NCBI GenBank assembly: GCA_963667565.1
Contig: OY763415.1
Span: forward strand, 672,001-736,000
Reading direction: 5' to 3'
Length of the DNA stretch: 64,000 nucleotides
DNA from: Acholeplasmataceae bacterium
GTDB lineage: Bacteria > Bacillota_I > Bacilli_A > Acholeplasmatales > Acholeplasmataceae
In this document: positions 29,263 through 40,703 of the stretch, piece by piece
Layout: the number at the start of each line of letters is the position of its first letter
Position numbering within the stretch: the first letter of the stretch is position 1
Program-made: the position numbers and the translations under genes
The notes under the pieces: model-generated
Databases searched by the model: none
Told to the model about the DNA's origin: nothing
Seen by the model: only the letters and a program-made list of their open reading frames with translations

Positions 29263-30618
29263 TTATTTTAATTCTAAAAGTGATATACTTTCAACAAGTG
29301 ATGTTTGTGGGAACATATCTAGCGGAACAACTTCAATTAACTTATATGATTTCAATAATAAGTTTAAGTCTTTAGCAAGCGTTGATGGATTACATGAACC
29401 ATAGATGAGCTTTCTTGGTTTAAAACCTAAAATAAGATCAATCGTTTCCTTACCTAATCCAACACGTGGTGGGTCAAAAAACATGACATCAATCTTCTTC
29501 ATTTTAAGTCCACTAAGTGCACGCTTGAAATCACTTTGTAATACAGTCACATTTTTAATGTGGTTTTTTTCTAATGAGAGTTTAGCACTTTCACATGCTT
29601 TTTTATCAATTTCAATAGCATAGACTTGGCGACAAGAATTTGCTACATAATGGCTCACTGGCGCAGTTCCAGCAAATGCATCAATAACAACATCATGCTT
29701 TTTAAGCTTTGCAAGTCTCACCATTTCTTGATAAAATTTTTGCGCTTGTCCATGATTAAGTTGAAAAAATGCTTCTGGTTTTAATTCAAATTCAAATGTG
29801 CTTAACGTTTCACTTATGGTATCTTTACCTGCAAGTTTCTTTAAACTTGAATTAAAGAATCCTAATTGATCTTTTTTCTTATCGATGACTTTAAACACGG
29901 AGACGATATGCTCATTTTTTTCTACAAGTTCTAAAGCAAGATCCGTAAGTTTTGCTACATCTTTTAATAATACAAATGTGATTTGTACTTCACCAAGTGA
30001 TGATGCTCTACAAACAATAGATTGAACAAATCCATCATTATATTTATCATCATATCCTTTAATTTTATAGATATCTAACAATCTAAGTGCTTCTGAAATA
30101 CTTTGATTAACACGTTCATCTTGAATTGGACATGCGTCCATTTGAATAAATTTTCTACTTCTTTCCTGATACATACCTACATGATTTTTACCATTAAATC
30201 TAACAGGTAGACTCGCTTTATTTCTGTAATGCGTTTCTTTATCAGAAGTGATTGTTTCTCCTACGATTGAATCTGGCAAATCTCTAAATGTGTATCTTTT
30301 TAATGCATCAAGCAATGTTTGTCTTTTAGCATCTTTAATCTTTTCTTGACTTAAATGCTGTAATTGGCACCCACCACATTTATCATAAATCGGACAAAAA
30401 GGTGTCACGCGATCTTCTGATACAATATTTGTTTTAATCAGTTTTGCTACCAATCTATTATCAAAGACTTCTTTAATCTCAACATCCACATTTTCAGAAG
30501 GAAGCGCATAATCAACAAAAACGGTCATTTTATTAAAATAACCGATACCTTCCCCATTAATACCTATTTTTCTTATATCTAAATTTAACTTTTGTCCTAC
30601 TTCAAATTGATTTTCCAT
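29263..30618 (-). CDS. rlmD: 23S rRNA m5U methyltransferase (RlmD/RlmCD)
   Basis: TRAM domain, CGGC, AFFQLN, DPPR and SCNPSTL. Confidence 0.92.
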   Translation of the reverse strand: MENQFEVGQKLNLDIRKIGINGEGIGYFNKMTVFVDYALPSENVDVEIKEVFDNRLVAKLIKTNIVSEDRVTPFCPIYDKCGGCQLQHLSQEKIKDAKRQTLLDALKRYTFRDLPDSIVGETITSDKETHYRNKASLPVRFNGKNHVGMYQERSRKFIQMDACPIQDERVNQSISEALRLLDIYKIKGYDDKYNDGFVQSIVCRASSLGEVQITFVLLKDVAKLTDLALELVEKNEHIVSVFKVIDKKKDQLGFFNSSLKKLAGKDTISETLSTFEFELKPEAFFQLNHGQAQKFYQEMVRLAKLKKHDVVIDAFAGTAPVSHYVANSCRQVYAIEIDKKACESAKLSLEKNHIKNVTVLQSDFKRALSGLKMKKIDVMFFDPPRVGLGKETIDLILGFKPRKLIYGSCNPSTLAKDLNLLLKSYKLIEVVPLDMFPQTSLVESISLLELK

Positions 30619-30686
30619 ATTATCACCTGCTCATATCTATTTTAACATAATAAAATAGACAAAGAACGTTCTTTGTCTATTTATCT

Positions 30687-31721
30687 CTATTCTTTTTCAT
30701 CAAGTAATTCTTTAAGTGCAGGAATAACAATCTCTCCATAAGTTTTAATACTTTCCATCGTCATTTCATGCGGCATAATTGAACCAGGCATTTGGTATAT
30801 AAAACGATCAATACCTAATCCTTTAATCATATGATACATGCGCTTAACTACAGTCTCTTGATTACCAATGATGAGTGGTCCATGATTGACATAAGCTAAA
30901 AAATTTTGATAACTTATATGATTATTCCACCCACGTTCACTGCCTATTTTTTCAAACTGATCGCGATAAACTGGATAGTATCTTTCTAATAAATCTTCGA
31001 CGTTTTCACTAATCATTCCATGAATAGCAATACTAATCTCCATTTTATCTAAATCGTGACCTGCTTCTTTATACGTATGCTTATATAAATCAATGAGTGG
31101 TTTAAAGTTTAAAGGATTCCCACCAATAATAGCAAACGTAATGGGTAAACCTAATTTTGCAGCTCTTACGACAGATTGATATGTGCCACCAACACCAATA
31201 CCAATCTTTAAATCGTAAATATCTCTAGGATATGCGCTTTGATTAACAAGGGGTTCTCTATATTTACCACTCCAATTGATGACTTCTTCATGTTTAGCTT
31301 TAAGTAATAATTCAAGTTTTTCAGTAAATAAGCCATTATAATCTTCTAAATGATATCCAAATAATGGAAAACTTTCCGTAAAAGATCCACGTCCAGCAAT
31401 CATTTCTGCTCTTCCATCAGAAATTAAATCAAGTGTAGAAAATTGCTCATACAATCTTATGGGATCATCAGAAGATAATACTGTAACTGCAGTACCTAAG
31501 ATGATGCGTTTAGTAAGCGGTGCTGCTGCAGCTAATATGATTTGCGGACTAGATGCTGCATAATCGTTTCTGTGATGCTCACCAATACCATAAAAATCAA
31601 TCCCAACTTGATCAGCTAAGACGATTTCTTCTAATGCGTGTTTGATACGTTTTTGATCAGATATTTTAGGTCCATTTTGATTTGCACCTGTTTCTAAGAA
31701 TGTCATCATTCCAAATTTCAT
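30687..31721 (-). CDS. LLM-class flavin-dependent oxidoreductase
   Basis: GEHHR, VLSSDDPIR and GRGSFTESFPLFG. Confidence 0.92.
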   Translation of the reverse strand: MKFGMMTFLETGANQNGPKISDQKRIKHALEEIVLADQVGIDFYGIGEHHRNDYAASSPQIILAAAAPLTKRIILGTAVTVLSSDDPIRLYEQFSTLDLISDGRAEMIAGRGSFTESFPLFGYHLEDYNGLFTEKLELLLKAKHEEVINWSGKYREPLVNQSAYPRDIYDLKIGIGVGGTYQSVVRAAKLGLPITFAIIGGNPLNFKPLIDLYKHTYKEAGHDLDKMEISIAIHGMISENVEDLLERYYPVYRDQFEKIGSERGWNNHISYQNFLAYVNHGPLIIGNQETVVKRMYHMIKGLGIDRFIYQMPGSIMPHEMTMESIKTYGEIVIPALKELLDEKE

Positions 31722-31821
31722 AGTTATCACCTGAAATCATTTTACTTTAATCTATATATATAATCAAAACAAATGACTTACAAAATGTAACTAAATAAAA
31801 AACGAGTAATTATCAACTCGT

Positions 31822-32826
31822 TTACAATGCTTTACTTAATATTAATTTAAATTTGCGATCTTCTGATCTTTCCAGCAATATTTTAAATTCTAATACATCA
31901 CATATCTTTTTTACAATCGATAATCCAACACCATGACCACTGATATGTTTCGTTGATTCACTTCTATAAAATAATTCAAAGAGTTTGGATAAATCTTCTT
32001 CATTCATCTCAAGTGTTTCATTTTCAAAGATGATATCGATATGATCGCTTAATCTAACATCAATTTTAATCTTTGAACCTAAAACAGCATATTTAAGTGC
32101 ATTATCAATTATATTTTTAAACATGATTTTAAGAAGTTCTCGATTGCTTTTAATAATAACTTCTTCAAGACTTAAATCAAATTCAATATTTTTATTTTCC
32201 CATCTATATTGCATCGATGAAATGGTTTGTCTAAGAACTTCAGTTAAGTTAAATTTATCTTCACGATTGATAATACTATCATTTTCAATCATCGATAAAT
32301 TTAATATGTTTTGTGCTAATTCAGATAGTGACTCACTTTCATTTTCAATAATTTTTGCATATTGTTTAGTATCTTCAAGTGAATCGGATTTTTGCATAAG
32401 TTCTGCATAACCTTTAATGATGCTAATTGGCGTTTTAAACTCATGAGCATAATCCTTCATAAAACTTTGATTAACATATTGGTTTTTTTGTAATGCATCA
32501 GTCATCACATTAAAATGATGTGTAAGATTTGATATCTCATCTCTTCCATTCTCACTTAAATGCATATTAAACTCACCAAGTGATATTTTTTCCGTTGCAT
32601 TTGAGAGTTTTGATATTCTTTTTACAATCATATGGTTAAACCACATATTAGAAATGATAAGCATGAGTGATGATGAAATAATCATCCCTAATAACAAAAT
32701 CTTATCATTGGTATAATACGCCATTAAATCAATGCCTAAAACATGGAGTATAAGCCTTGGTATAGCAACTGAAATAAATCCAATAACAAACATTGATAAG
32801 AGCATTTTTGCATACAGTTTTTTCAT
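31822..32826 (-). CDS. HAMP-domain sensor histidine kinase (HssS-like)
   Basis: Two TM segments, HEFKTP, NALKY and GHGVGL. Confidence 0.93.
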   Translation of the reverse strand: MKKLYAKMLLSMFVIGFISVAIPRLILHVLGIDLMAYYTNDKILLLGMIISSSLMLIISNMWFNHMIVKRISKLSNATEKISLGEFNMHLSENGRDEISNLTHHFNVMTDALQKNQYVNQSFMKDYAHEFKTPISIIKGYAELMQKSDSLEDTKQYAKIIENESESLSELAQNILNLSMIENDSIINREDKFNLTEVLRQTISSMQYRWENKNIEFDLSLEEVIIKSNRELLKIMFKNIIDNALKYAVLGSKIKIDVRLSDHIDIIFENETLEMNEEDLSKLFELFYRSESTKHISGHGVGLSIVKKICDVLEFKILLERSEDRKFKLILSKAL

Positions 32827-33491
32827 TTAAGTTTCACCTTATAACCAAGTCCTCTAACAGTTTCAATCTCAAAATCCATCATAGGTACAGATTCTCTTAA
32901 TCTTTTAATATGTGTGTCAATGGTTCGATCATATGACTCAGAATCATATCCCCATATTTCATTCATCAGCTGCTCTCTTGTAAATATTTTATTTGGATAT
33001 GATAATAATTTAAAAAGCAATTGAAACTCTTTGGATGTTAAGTTAATAAGTTTATCATCGACTAAACATGATTGTTCTGCTTCATTTAATATCGTATGTT
33101 TTAATTTGATTTCTTTATGTTTACTAATATCATATCTTCTCAAGAGTGCATGAATTCTAAGTAACATTTCATTTAAATCAACAGGTTTGACCATGTAGTC
33201 ATCAACACCTGATAAAAAGCCTTTTTCTTTTTCATCAAAACTATCTAATGCTGTAAGCATCATGATAGGAATATCTTTTCTGATTTGTCTTAGTCTATTT
33301 GTAAGTGTATGACCACTCACTTCTGGCATTAAGATATCAGTGATGACTAAATCAATATGTTGATGGTTAAAAACGGTAAGAGCTTCCTTACCGTTTCTAG
33401 CTTGCAACACTTCAAAATGTTCTTTTTCTAAAAATTTAGATAATAGTGTTCGAATATGTAATTCATCTTCTGCGATTAATATTTTTAACAT
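32823..33491 (-). CDS. OmpR-family response regulator (HssR-like)
   Basis: AEDE, DILMP, KP, DTHIKRLR and TVRGLGY. Confidence 0.94.
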   Translation of the reverse strand: MLKILIAEDELHIRTLLSKFLEKEHFEVLQARNGKEALTVFNHQHIDLVITDILMPEVSGHTLTNRLRQIRKDIPIMMLTALDSFDEKEKGFLSGVDDYMVKPVDLNEMLLRIHALLRRYDISKHKEIKLKHTILNEAEQSCLVDDKLINLTSKEFQLLFKLLSYPNKIFTREQLMNEIWGYDSESYDRTIDTHIKRLRESVPMMDFEIETVRGLGYKVKLK

Positions 33492-33519
33492 ATGATCACT
33501 CCTATCTTCATTTTATCAA

Positions 33520-35841
33520 TTATTCAGTACGTAATGCAATCACTGGATCTTTTTTAGCTGCAATTCTACTTGGTAATAATCCAGCAATTAAAGTCAGTGC
33601 AGTTGATAATACAACAAGGATGATTGCGCTAGGTAATAAGAGACTAGCAAATCCACTAACGTCAATATAGTTTTCTAAAATGAGATTAATTGGAATATTT
33701 AATAGTGAAGCAATAAGTACACCAAGGATACCTGCTGTTAAACCAATTAATACAGTTTCTGCATTAAAGATTCTAGAAATATCTTTCTTTCTTGCTCCAA
33801 GTGATCTCATAATACCGATTTCTTTAGTTCTTTCTACAACTGAAACATAGGTAATAATACCAATCATGATTGAAGATACAACAAGCGAAATACCTGCAAA
33901 TGCTGATAGGATGATTGTAATCGTTGTGATCAGTGATCCAACTGCATTTGACACAATTTCTGCTAAATCAGTATAAACGATGGTATCAATATCATCTAAT
34001 CCTAAATTATAATTGTCAATGTAAGCTTTAATTTCATCTTTAGAGTCAAATGACTTAGGATAAATTTGAATGCCTGAAGGGGTTTGTTCACCACCTATTG
34101 CTTTCATGACATCGTCATAAGTGATAGTTTCACCGAAAGGCATAGGGGAATACTGCATGATTTGCGTTGAACCCGTAAATGGATTGGCAATACTAATATC
34201 AACATAGCCAATGAGTGCATTTGGGCTTGCAATTTGTGCTGCGACGATATCAGAATTGAGTGCATCATTTAACATATATGCAGTTAAATCTGAAGTATAT
34301 GCAATACCAGAATCAAGTAAGTCTGATGATGCATCTTGTTTTATTCTTAAAATACCAGAGATGGTTAAAGTAACAGCATTTGAATCATTATACATGGTTG
34401 AATCGACAGTTTTTTTATTAAAAATGCCTTCATTTTCAACATAATATGAATTATTAGTTATAACCTTTAATTGCAAACCAATAAAATCATCAAATTTATA
34501 TCCATCTTGATAATTAAAACCCATTGCATTTAAGAAATTAGTTGTTACTCTATTTTCTTCATCAACGACGAGAACAACTTCATTAAGTGACGTTGGATAA
34601 GTACCACCTATCACATCATATTGTGATTGTATAAATGATTCGTTATCAGGTAATTCACTATAGTAATTTTGACTTAATAAACTTGTGGCATTTTCATAGG
34701 CAACAATATTTAAATTATAATCATATGTATAAGATAACGAATTATATAATGTAGGATCTAAATTGTTAATATAATCAATAAAATCATTTGTTAATATATT
34801 ATTGTGGCTACTTAAAACTGCAGATGGATTATAGACATAAATATCTTCTCCATCAGGAAATTCTCCAGCTGTGTCCATTTGTGTTGCACCAGCATTAAAA
34901 AAATCAACGACTGTAGGATTTATCTCAATAGGAAATCCTGCAAGTGTATCTGATTGCATTTCATTGACATAACTTGTCATCCCTGATGAAACAGACAACA
35001 CAAGTGCAATCCCAATAATTCCGATACTTCCTGCAAGTGCAGTAATTAAAGTTCTACCTTTTTTAGTTAGTAAGTTCTTAAAGCTTGTTAATAACGCTGT
35101 TTTATAAGACATTGAAGTCTTTTTATTTACCAGTTTTTCAATTTTATGATCATCTTTGATATTTTCACTTGGATTTGAATCATCAACAACCAATCCATCT
35201 AAAAGTTGTACGACTCTATCACTATATGCTTCTGCAATTTCAGCATTGTGAGTCACCATAATGACTAAACGATCTCTTGAAATCTCTTTAATCAATTTCA
35301 TGATTTGATCACTTGTCTTTGAGTCAAGTGCACCTGTTGGTTCATCTGCTAACAAAATTTTAGGATTATTGACTAAAGCTCTTGCAATTGCAACTCTTTG
35401 CATTTGGCCACCAGATAACTGATTTGGTCGTTTGTATAAATGATCTTTTAAGCCAACTTCTGTTAATACTTTTATGGCACGATCTTTTCTTTCTTTAGCA
35501 CCAACACCTGAAAGTCTTAAAGCCATTTCAACATTATCTAAAACTGATAAATGTGAAATCAAATTATAGGTTTGAAAAACAAACCCAATGGTTGCATTTC
35601 GATAGGCATCCCAATCTTGATCCTTATAATCTTTGGTTGATTTAAAATCGATTAATAAATCACCACTTGTATATCTATCTAATCCCCCAATAATGTTTAA
35701 CATCGTCGTTTTCCCACAGCCGGATGGACCTAGTATAGAAACAAATTCTTGATCTTTAAACGTTAAATCAATACCTTTTAATGCAGGGACTGGTTTACCC
35801 GCTACATAATAATCTTTTTTAATATTTTTTAGTTCTAACAT
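33520..35841 (-). CDS. MacB/FtsX-type ABC ATPase-permease fusion
   Basis: GPSGCGKT, LSGGQMQR, ERTKEIG and DPVIALR. Confidence 0.93.
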   Translation of the reverse strand: MLELKNIKKDYYVAGKPVPALKGIDLTFKDQEFVSILGPSGCGKTTMLNIIGGLDRYTSGDLLIDFKSTKDYKDQDWDAYRNATIGFVFQTYNLISHLSVLDNVEMALRLSGVGAKERKDRAIKVLTEVGLKDHLYKRPNQLSGGQMQRVAIARALVNNPKILLADEPTGALDSKTSDQIMKLIKEISRDRLVIMVTHNAEIAEAYSDRVVQLLDGLVVDDSNPSENIKDDHKIEKLVNKKTSMSYKTALLTSFKNLLTKKGRTLITALAGSIGIIGIALVLSVSSGMTSYVNEMQSDTLAGFPIEINPTVVDFFNAGATQMDTAGEFPDGEDIYVYNPSAVLSSHNNILTNDFIDYINNLDPTLYNSLSYTYDYNLNIVAYENATSLLSQNYYSELPDNESFIQSQYDVIGGTYPTSLNEVVLVVDEENRVTTNFLNAMGFNYQDGYKFDDFIGLQLKVITNNSYYVENEGIFNKKTVDSTMYNDSNAVTLTISGILRIKQDASSDLLDSGIAYTSDLTAYMLNDALNSDIVAAQIASPNALIGYVDISIANPFTGSTQIMQYSPMPFGETITYDDVMKAIGGEQTPSGIQIYPKSFDSKDEIKAYIDNYNLGLDDIDTIVYTDLAEIVSNAVGSLITTITIILSAFAGISLVVSSIMIGIITYVSVVERTKEIGIMRSLGARKKDISRIFNAETVLIGLTAGILGVLIASLLNIPINLILENYIDVSGFASLLLPSAIILVVLSTALTLIAGLLPSRIAAKKDPVIALRTE

Positions 35842-35882
35842 GTCATCATTCTCCTTTTACATGCACCATTTTACTGTTTGTT

Positions 35883-35899
35883 TGTGAACTGAATGTGAA
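35883..35899 (-). promoter_or_regulatory. OmpR-type direct-repeat box
   Basis: TTCACA-N5-TTCACA just upstream of -10 TAAAAT (35873-35868). Confidence 0.6.
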
Positions 35900-36041
35900 A
35901 TTACATGATTTTTACAAAAAAAGAATTAAAACTCTTTTATCATGTAATGATACATCAATAAACGCTCATATCATGTTTAACACTTTTTATGACTATTGTA
36001 AAATTAAATGCAAAAAAAAGATGGTTTCCCATCTTTTATGT

Positions 36042-37214
36042 TTATTTTAATCTAACGACTTCTCTAGCTATCATCACTTCTTCATTCGTTGGAATGATAA
36101 ATGCTCTAACTTTAGAACCCTTATTCGTGATTTCTCTTTCACCACGTTTGTTATTTTCTTCTTCATTTAAGTCAATGCCTAAGACTTTAACAGCTTCTAA
36201 AATATTTTTTCTAATTCTAGGTGAGTTTTCGCCGATACCAGCAGTAAAGCAAATCGCATCTAAACCACCCATGTAGACATAATATGAACCAATGTAATCA
36301 GCGATTCTCTTCACTTGGATTTTATGTGCTAAATAAGCTCTGTGATCACCTTGATCCATTAATTCATCAATATCTCTAGAATCATTTGATTTACCTGATA
36401 CACCAAGATATCCAGACTTCTTGTTTAAATCATTTAAAACTGAATCATAACTTCTGTTTTCTTTATCAGCAATAAGTTTTAACACTGCAGGATCGACATT
36501 ACCACTTCTTGTTCCCATAGGAATACCTTCAAGTGGTGTAAGTCCCATTGAAGTATCAACTGACTTACCGCCATCTACTGCACAAAGTGATGCTCCATTA
36601 CCTAAATGACAAACAATGACTTTAGCATCTTTATTTCCAAGAATTTCATAAGCTTTTTCACTTACATATTGATGAGATGTGCCATGGAATCCATACTTTC
36701 TAACGCCATAGTTTGTATACCATTCATATGGTGTTTCATAAAGATAAGCAAGTTCATCCATTGTTTGATGGAATGTTGTATCAAAAACTGCAACTTGAAC
36801 GACATTTGGAAGTGCTTCTCTAAATGAGATAATACCTGTGATATTCGCAGGATTGTGAAGTGGTGCTAAATCATTTAATGATTCAATATCATCAATGACT
36901 TGATTTGTAATCACTGTAGATGCTTTAAATAACTCTCCACCTTGAACAACACGGTGACCAACACCATCAATTTCATCAAGTGATTGAATAATGTTATATT
37001 TAACTAATCCTTCAACTAATAATTCAACAGCAACCTTATGATTTAAAATAGGTTGTTCAACTGTGACTTTTTCACCATTAACTTTGATTTGAAATACAGC
37101 ATTATGGTGACCAATTCTTTCAACTAATCCAGATGTAATAACTTTTTCTTCTGGCATTTCTAATAACTGGAATTTTAATGATGAACTTCCAGCATTTACA
37201 GCAATAATTTTCAT
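36042..37214 (-). CDS. ackA: Acetate kinase
   Basis: NAGSSSLK, LAPLHN, YGFHGTSH and HLGNGAS. Confidence 0.97.
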   Translation of the reverse strand: MKIIAVNAGSSSLKFQLLEMPEEKVITSGLVERIGHHNAVFQIKVNGEKVTVEQPILNHKVAVELLVEGLVKYNIIQSLDEIDGVGHRVVQGGELFKASTVITNQVIDDIESLNDLAPLHNPANITGIISFREALPNVVQVAVFDTTFHQTMDELAYLYETPYEWYTNYGVRKYGFHGTSHQYVSEKAYEILGNKDAKVIVCHLGNGASLCAVDGGKSVDTSMGLTPLEGIPMGTRSGNVDPAVLKLIADKENRSYDSVLNDLNKKSGYLGVSGKSNDSRDIDELMDQGDHRAYLAHKIQVKRIADYIGSYYVYMGGLDAICFTAGIGENSPRIRKNILEAVKVLGIDLNEEENNKRGEREITNKGSKVRAFIIPTNEEVMIAREVVRLK

Positions 37215-37287
37215 ATTCGTACGCTCCTTACCATATATATGATACTAGATAAATGTTTAATTTTCAAGATGTGAATAAATATTCATG

Positions 37288-37938
37288 TTAATAAAGGAAA
37301 GCATAATAAGCGATAAACTGTAAAATGGTCCCTAAACCACAAAAAATATGCCAAATAAAATGGAAATACTTAACCTTAGAAAGTGAAAAGAAAATGACAC
37401 CTAAACTATATGATACTCCACCTGCTAAGATGAGCCAAAATGCAGCTTGATCAAATGCAAATAACTGCTTAATAAATGCGAGTGCACTCCATCCCAGTAT
37501 TAAAAATACAATGGTATGTAGAACAACATATTTTTTAATCCATATGGACTTAAACACAACACCAACGATGATTAATGTCCACTGAATGATAAATATTGAA
37601 AGTCCTAGTGATATGTTACCAATCACTGGCTCTTGTAGTTCAGGCAATAATAAAAGTGCAGGTGCAAAACTACCACCAATTAAAATATAGATGGATAAAT
37701 GATCAAATCTTCTAAACACAGATTTTGCTACTGGATTGAAGAGTGCATGATAAAGTGTACTCATAGTGTATAAATTAATCATCCCAAATCCAAATAAAAT
37801 CGCAGCTAACACACCTACTGCTGAATCAGCTCTAATAATTAATAATATCATTGCAACCACACCAAAAATAGCCATGACACCATGGCTAACTGCGTTTGCA
37901 ATTTCTTCCCCTACTGTTTGTCTTTTGTCTTTTTTCAT
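37288..37938 (-). CDS. Hemolysin III/PAQR membrane protein
   Basis: EEIANAVSH, STLYH, DH..IY and HFIWH. Confidence 0.92.
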   Translation of the reverse strand: MKKDKRQTVGEEIANAVSHGVMAIFGVVAMILLIIRADSAVGVLAAILFGFGMINLYTMSTLYHALFNPVAKSVFRRFDHLSIYILIGGSFAPALLLLPELQEPVIGNISLGLSIFIIQWTLIIVGVVFKSIWIKKYVVLHTIVFLILGWSALAFIKQLFAFDQAAFWLILAGGVSYSLGVIFFSLSKVKYFHFIWHIFCGLGTILQFIAYYAFLY

Positions 37939-38471
37939 TTGCCAACCTCATCATCCAAAAATTGATCTAAAAAATCCATACCTTTATGTGTTTCTGGTTC
38001 ATATTTAAATAAATCTGGAAAATCTAATTGTCTTAACACTTCATAAGATACAAGTGCGACACAATTACTTAAATTAATTGATCTAACTTTATCCGTTGTT
38101 GGTATTCTATAACAAGCATCCAAATGAGATGCTAGGATATGTTTATCAATACCTGTTGATTCTTTACCAAAAATTAAATAAATATCTTCATCAACATCTT
38201 TATAGTTGATTTCTGAATATGTTTTTTTACCATAACGTGTTAAAAAGAAATATTTACCTTTATTTTCTTTTTCAAAACTAGCATAATCTTTGTACACGGT
38301 ATAATCAATAAATTCAAAATAATCAAGTGCACTTCTTTTTAGCCTTGCTTCATCAAGTTTAAACCCGAGTGGTTCAATCAGATGAAGTTTTGCACCGATA
38401 GCAACACAAGTTCTCATGATATTACCTGTATTTTGAGGTATTTCTGGTTCAAATAATACAATATGTAACAT
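37935..38471 (-). CDS. trmL: tRNA (cytidine/uridine-34 2'-O)-methyltransferase
   Basis: EPEIPQNTGNI, FGKESTG and RSINLSN. Confidence 0.94.
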   Translation of the reverse strand: MLHIVLFEPEIPQNTGNIMRTCVAIGAKLHLIEPLGFKLDEARLKRSALDYFEFIDYTVYKDYASFEKENKGKYFFLTRYGKKTYSEINYKDVDEDIYLIFGKESTGIDKHILASHLDACYRIPTTDKVRSINLSNCVALVSYEVLRQLDFPDLFKYEPETHKGMDFLDQFLDDEVGK

Positions 38472-38473
38472 CT

Positions 38474-39910
38474 TTAACTCCTATGTGCTTTAATAAGATT
38501 TTGTTTTAAGTTCCATAATTCTAGTGATAAATCAACATAATATTCATGTGGATTTTCAAGACGAAGCACTTCTGGCCATAATCTTGAGATTTCTGTTTGA
38601 CAATAAGCTCTTATTTCTTCTAAAGTTGGTTTTTTATACACTAAAATACCATCTTTAAAAATTGGAACGAGCATAGGTTTTGCACTAAATTTTTGAACGA
38701 GTTTCTTTTTCCATGGAAAATGTGGATTAAATAATTCATATGGTTTACTTTGATCAATGGTTTCATCAAAAAGCGTGATGACATCTGCTTCAGCCATATG
38801 ATTTTCATCATAGAAACGATAGACTTGCTTGAATCCAGGTGTCGTTGTTTTTTGTACATTTTCGCTAATCTTTATTTTAGGTTCTAATATAGAATTTTTC
38901 TCAATGGCTGCAAGTTTAAAGACACCACCAAAAACTGCTTCTGATCTTGCTGTAACTAATCGTTCACCAACACCAAAGCTATCAATTTGAGCACCTTGAG
39001 AAATGAGTTCTTTAATTAAATATTCATCTAATGAATTAGATACTGTAATTTTAGTATCTTTTAAACCAGCATCATCGAGCATTTGACGCGCTTTTTTAGT
39101 TAAATAGGTTAAGTCTCCACTATCGAGTCTAATACCTTTTAAATAGAAACCTTGTGGTTCTAATATCTCTTTATGTATTCTAATCGCATTAGGAATACCT
39201 TGTTTTAATGTATTATATGTGTCAACTAATAAAATTGTTGCATTTGGATAAGTATTTGCATAAGCTTTAAATGCTTCATATTCAGAATCGTATGATTGCA
39301 CATAACTATGAGCCATTGTACCAAGTGCTGGAATTTGATATTGATAATCAGCATAAGTATTTGAAGTTCCTAAAACACCTGCAATATATGCAGCTCTTGC
39401 ACCATAGATAGATGCATCATATCCATGTGCACGACGCGCCCCAAATTCTAAGACTGAACGACCTTGTGCCGCTCTAACGATACGTGCTGCTTTAGTCGCA
39501 ATCAAAGATTGATGATTAATTGTTAAAAGAAGCATCGTTTCAACAAGTTGACATTCAATGATAGGACCTTTAATAGTTAAAATAGGTTCATGAGGAAATA
39601 TCGGCGTTCCCTCTTTCATTGCATATACATCTGATGAGAATTTAAATGATTCTAAATATTTTAAAAAGTCAGCATCAAATATTTTCTTTGAGCTTAAATA
39701 ACTAAGCTCTGATTTAGTAAATGTTAAATGAGATAAGTAATCAATGACTTGATCAAGACCTGCAAAAATTGCAAATCCACCTTTATCGGGTACATCTCTA
39801 AAAAAGACATCAAATACTGCAATTTGATGATGTTTGTTATCTTTGAAATAGCCATTTGCCATCGTTAATTCATAGAAATCCATCAGTAAAGTCAATTTTC
39901 TGTTATCCAT
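38474..39910 (-). CDS. pncB: Nicotinate phosphoribosyltransferase
   Basis: DFYELTM, EFGARRAH, GTMAHS and IRLDSGD. Confidence 0.95.
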   Translation of the reverse strand: MDNRKLTLLMDFYELTMANGYFKDNKHHQIAVFDVFFRDVPDKGGFAIFAGLDQVIDYLSHLTFTKSELSYLSSKKIFDADFLKYLESFKFSSDVYAMKEGTPIFPHEPILTIKGPIIECQLVETMLLLTINHQSLIATKAARIVRAAQGRSVLEFGARRAHGYDASIYGARAAYIAGVLGTSNTYADYQYQIPALGTMAHSYVQSYDSEYEAFKAYANTYPNATILLVDTYNTLKQGIPNAIRIHKEILEPQGFYLKGIRLDSGDLTYLTKKARQMLDDAGLKDTKITVSNSLDEYLIKELISQGAQIDSFGVGERLVTARSEAVFGGVFKLAAIEKNSILEPKIKISENVQKTTTPGFKQVYRFYDENHMAEADVITLFDETIDQSKPYELFNPHFPWKKKLVQKFSAKPMLVPIFKDGILVYKKPTLEEIRAYCQTEISRLWPEVLRLENPHEYYVDLSLELWNLKQNLIKAHRS

Positions 39911-39997
39911 AAGACTTCCTCCTTTTGACACTTACCATTCTAACATTTTTTTCTATTTTTTGTTATAATTATAAGTATAAAAGGACGGTTTTATTTT

Positions 39998-40702
39998 ATG
40001 ATGATTATGATTTCTCCAGCAAAAACATTTAAAGTTCATCCATTATCTAGAAATCAAGAACCTTATTTTTTAAGTGATGCAAAACTGCTTCATGCAAAAC
40101 TTTCCAAATTATCTAAAAAGATGATTACTAAAAAGATGAAAGTATCTGATCGTTTAGCAGATAGCATTTATGATCAATATCAACATTTTGGAAAAAAAGA
40201 AAATGCTGCTGTTTTTTCTTATTTTGGACATCAATATAGACATATTGATGCTTTATCACTAATACCTCATTATGAATCATCATTATCAAATCTTTATATC
40301 TTATCTGGACTTTATGGACTATTAAACGCTTTTGATGACATCAGTCCTTATCGATTGGAAATGCAAGATAAAACCATTGGTAACCTTTATGATTTTTGGA
40401 AACCTAGACTTACTGCTTATATCCATGATAAATTTAATCATGAGGTCATTTATAATTTATGTTCAGATGAATATGGTAGTTTAATTAAAGATTTAGATCA
40501 AACGATCACTATAGAATTTTATCAGTTAAAAAATGAAAAGTTATCCATACACAGTATGGAAGTAAAAAAAATGCGAGGTTTATTTGCTAGACATATGATC
40601 ATAAACCCCGATCAAGATGTTAAAACTATAGAAATTGATGGATATCTTTTTGATCCATTAAAATCAAATATTCAAACATATGTATTTATAAAGGAGGTAT
40701 AG
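39998..40702 (+). CDS. yaaA: YaaA-family peroxide-stress protein
   Basis: ISPAKT, ILSGLYGLL, PYRLEM and KKMRG. Confidence 0.9.
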   Translation: MMIMISPAKTFKVHPLSRNQEPYFLSDAKLLHAKLSKLSKKMITKKMKVSDRLADSIYDQYQHFGKKENAAVFSYFGHQYRHIDALSLIPHYESSLSNLYILSGLYGLLNAFDDISPYRLEMQDKTIGNLYDFWKPRLTAYIHDKFNHEVIYNLCSDEYGSLIKDLDQTITIEFYQLKNEKLSIHSMEVKKMRGLFARHMIINPDQDVKTIEIDGYLFDPLKSNIQTYVFIKEV

Positions 40703-40703
40703 G

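Noticed and set aside
30653..30682. Perfect 30-bp palindrome
   Set aside because: Sits right after a stop codon and occurs once; most simply a terminator.
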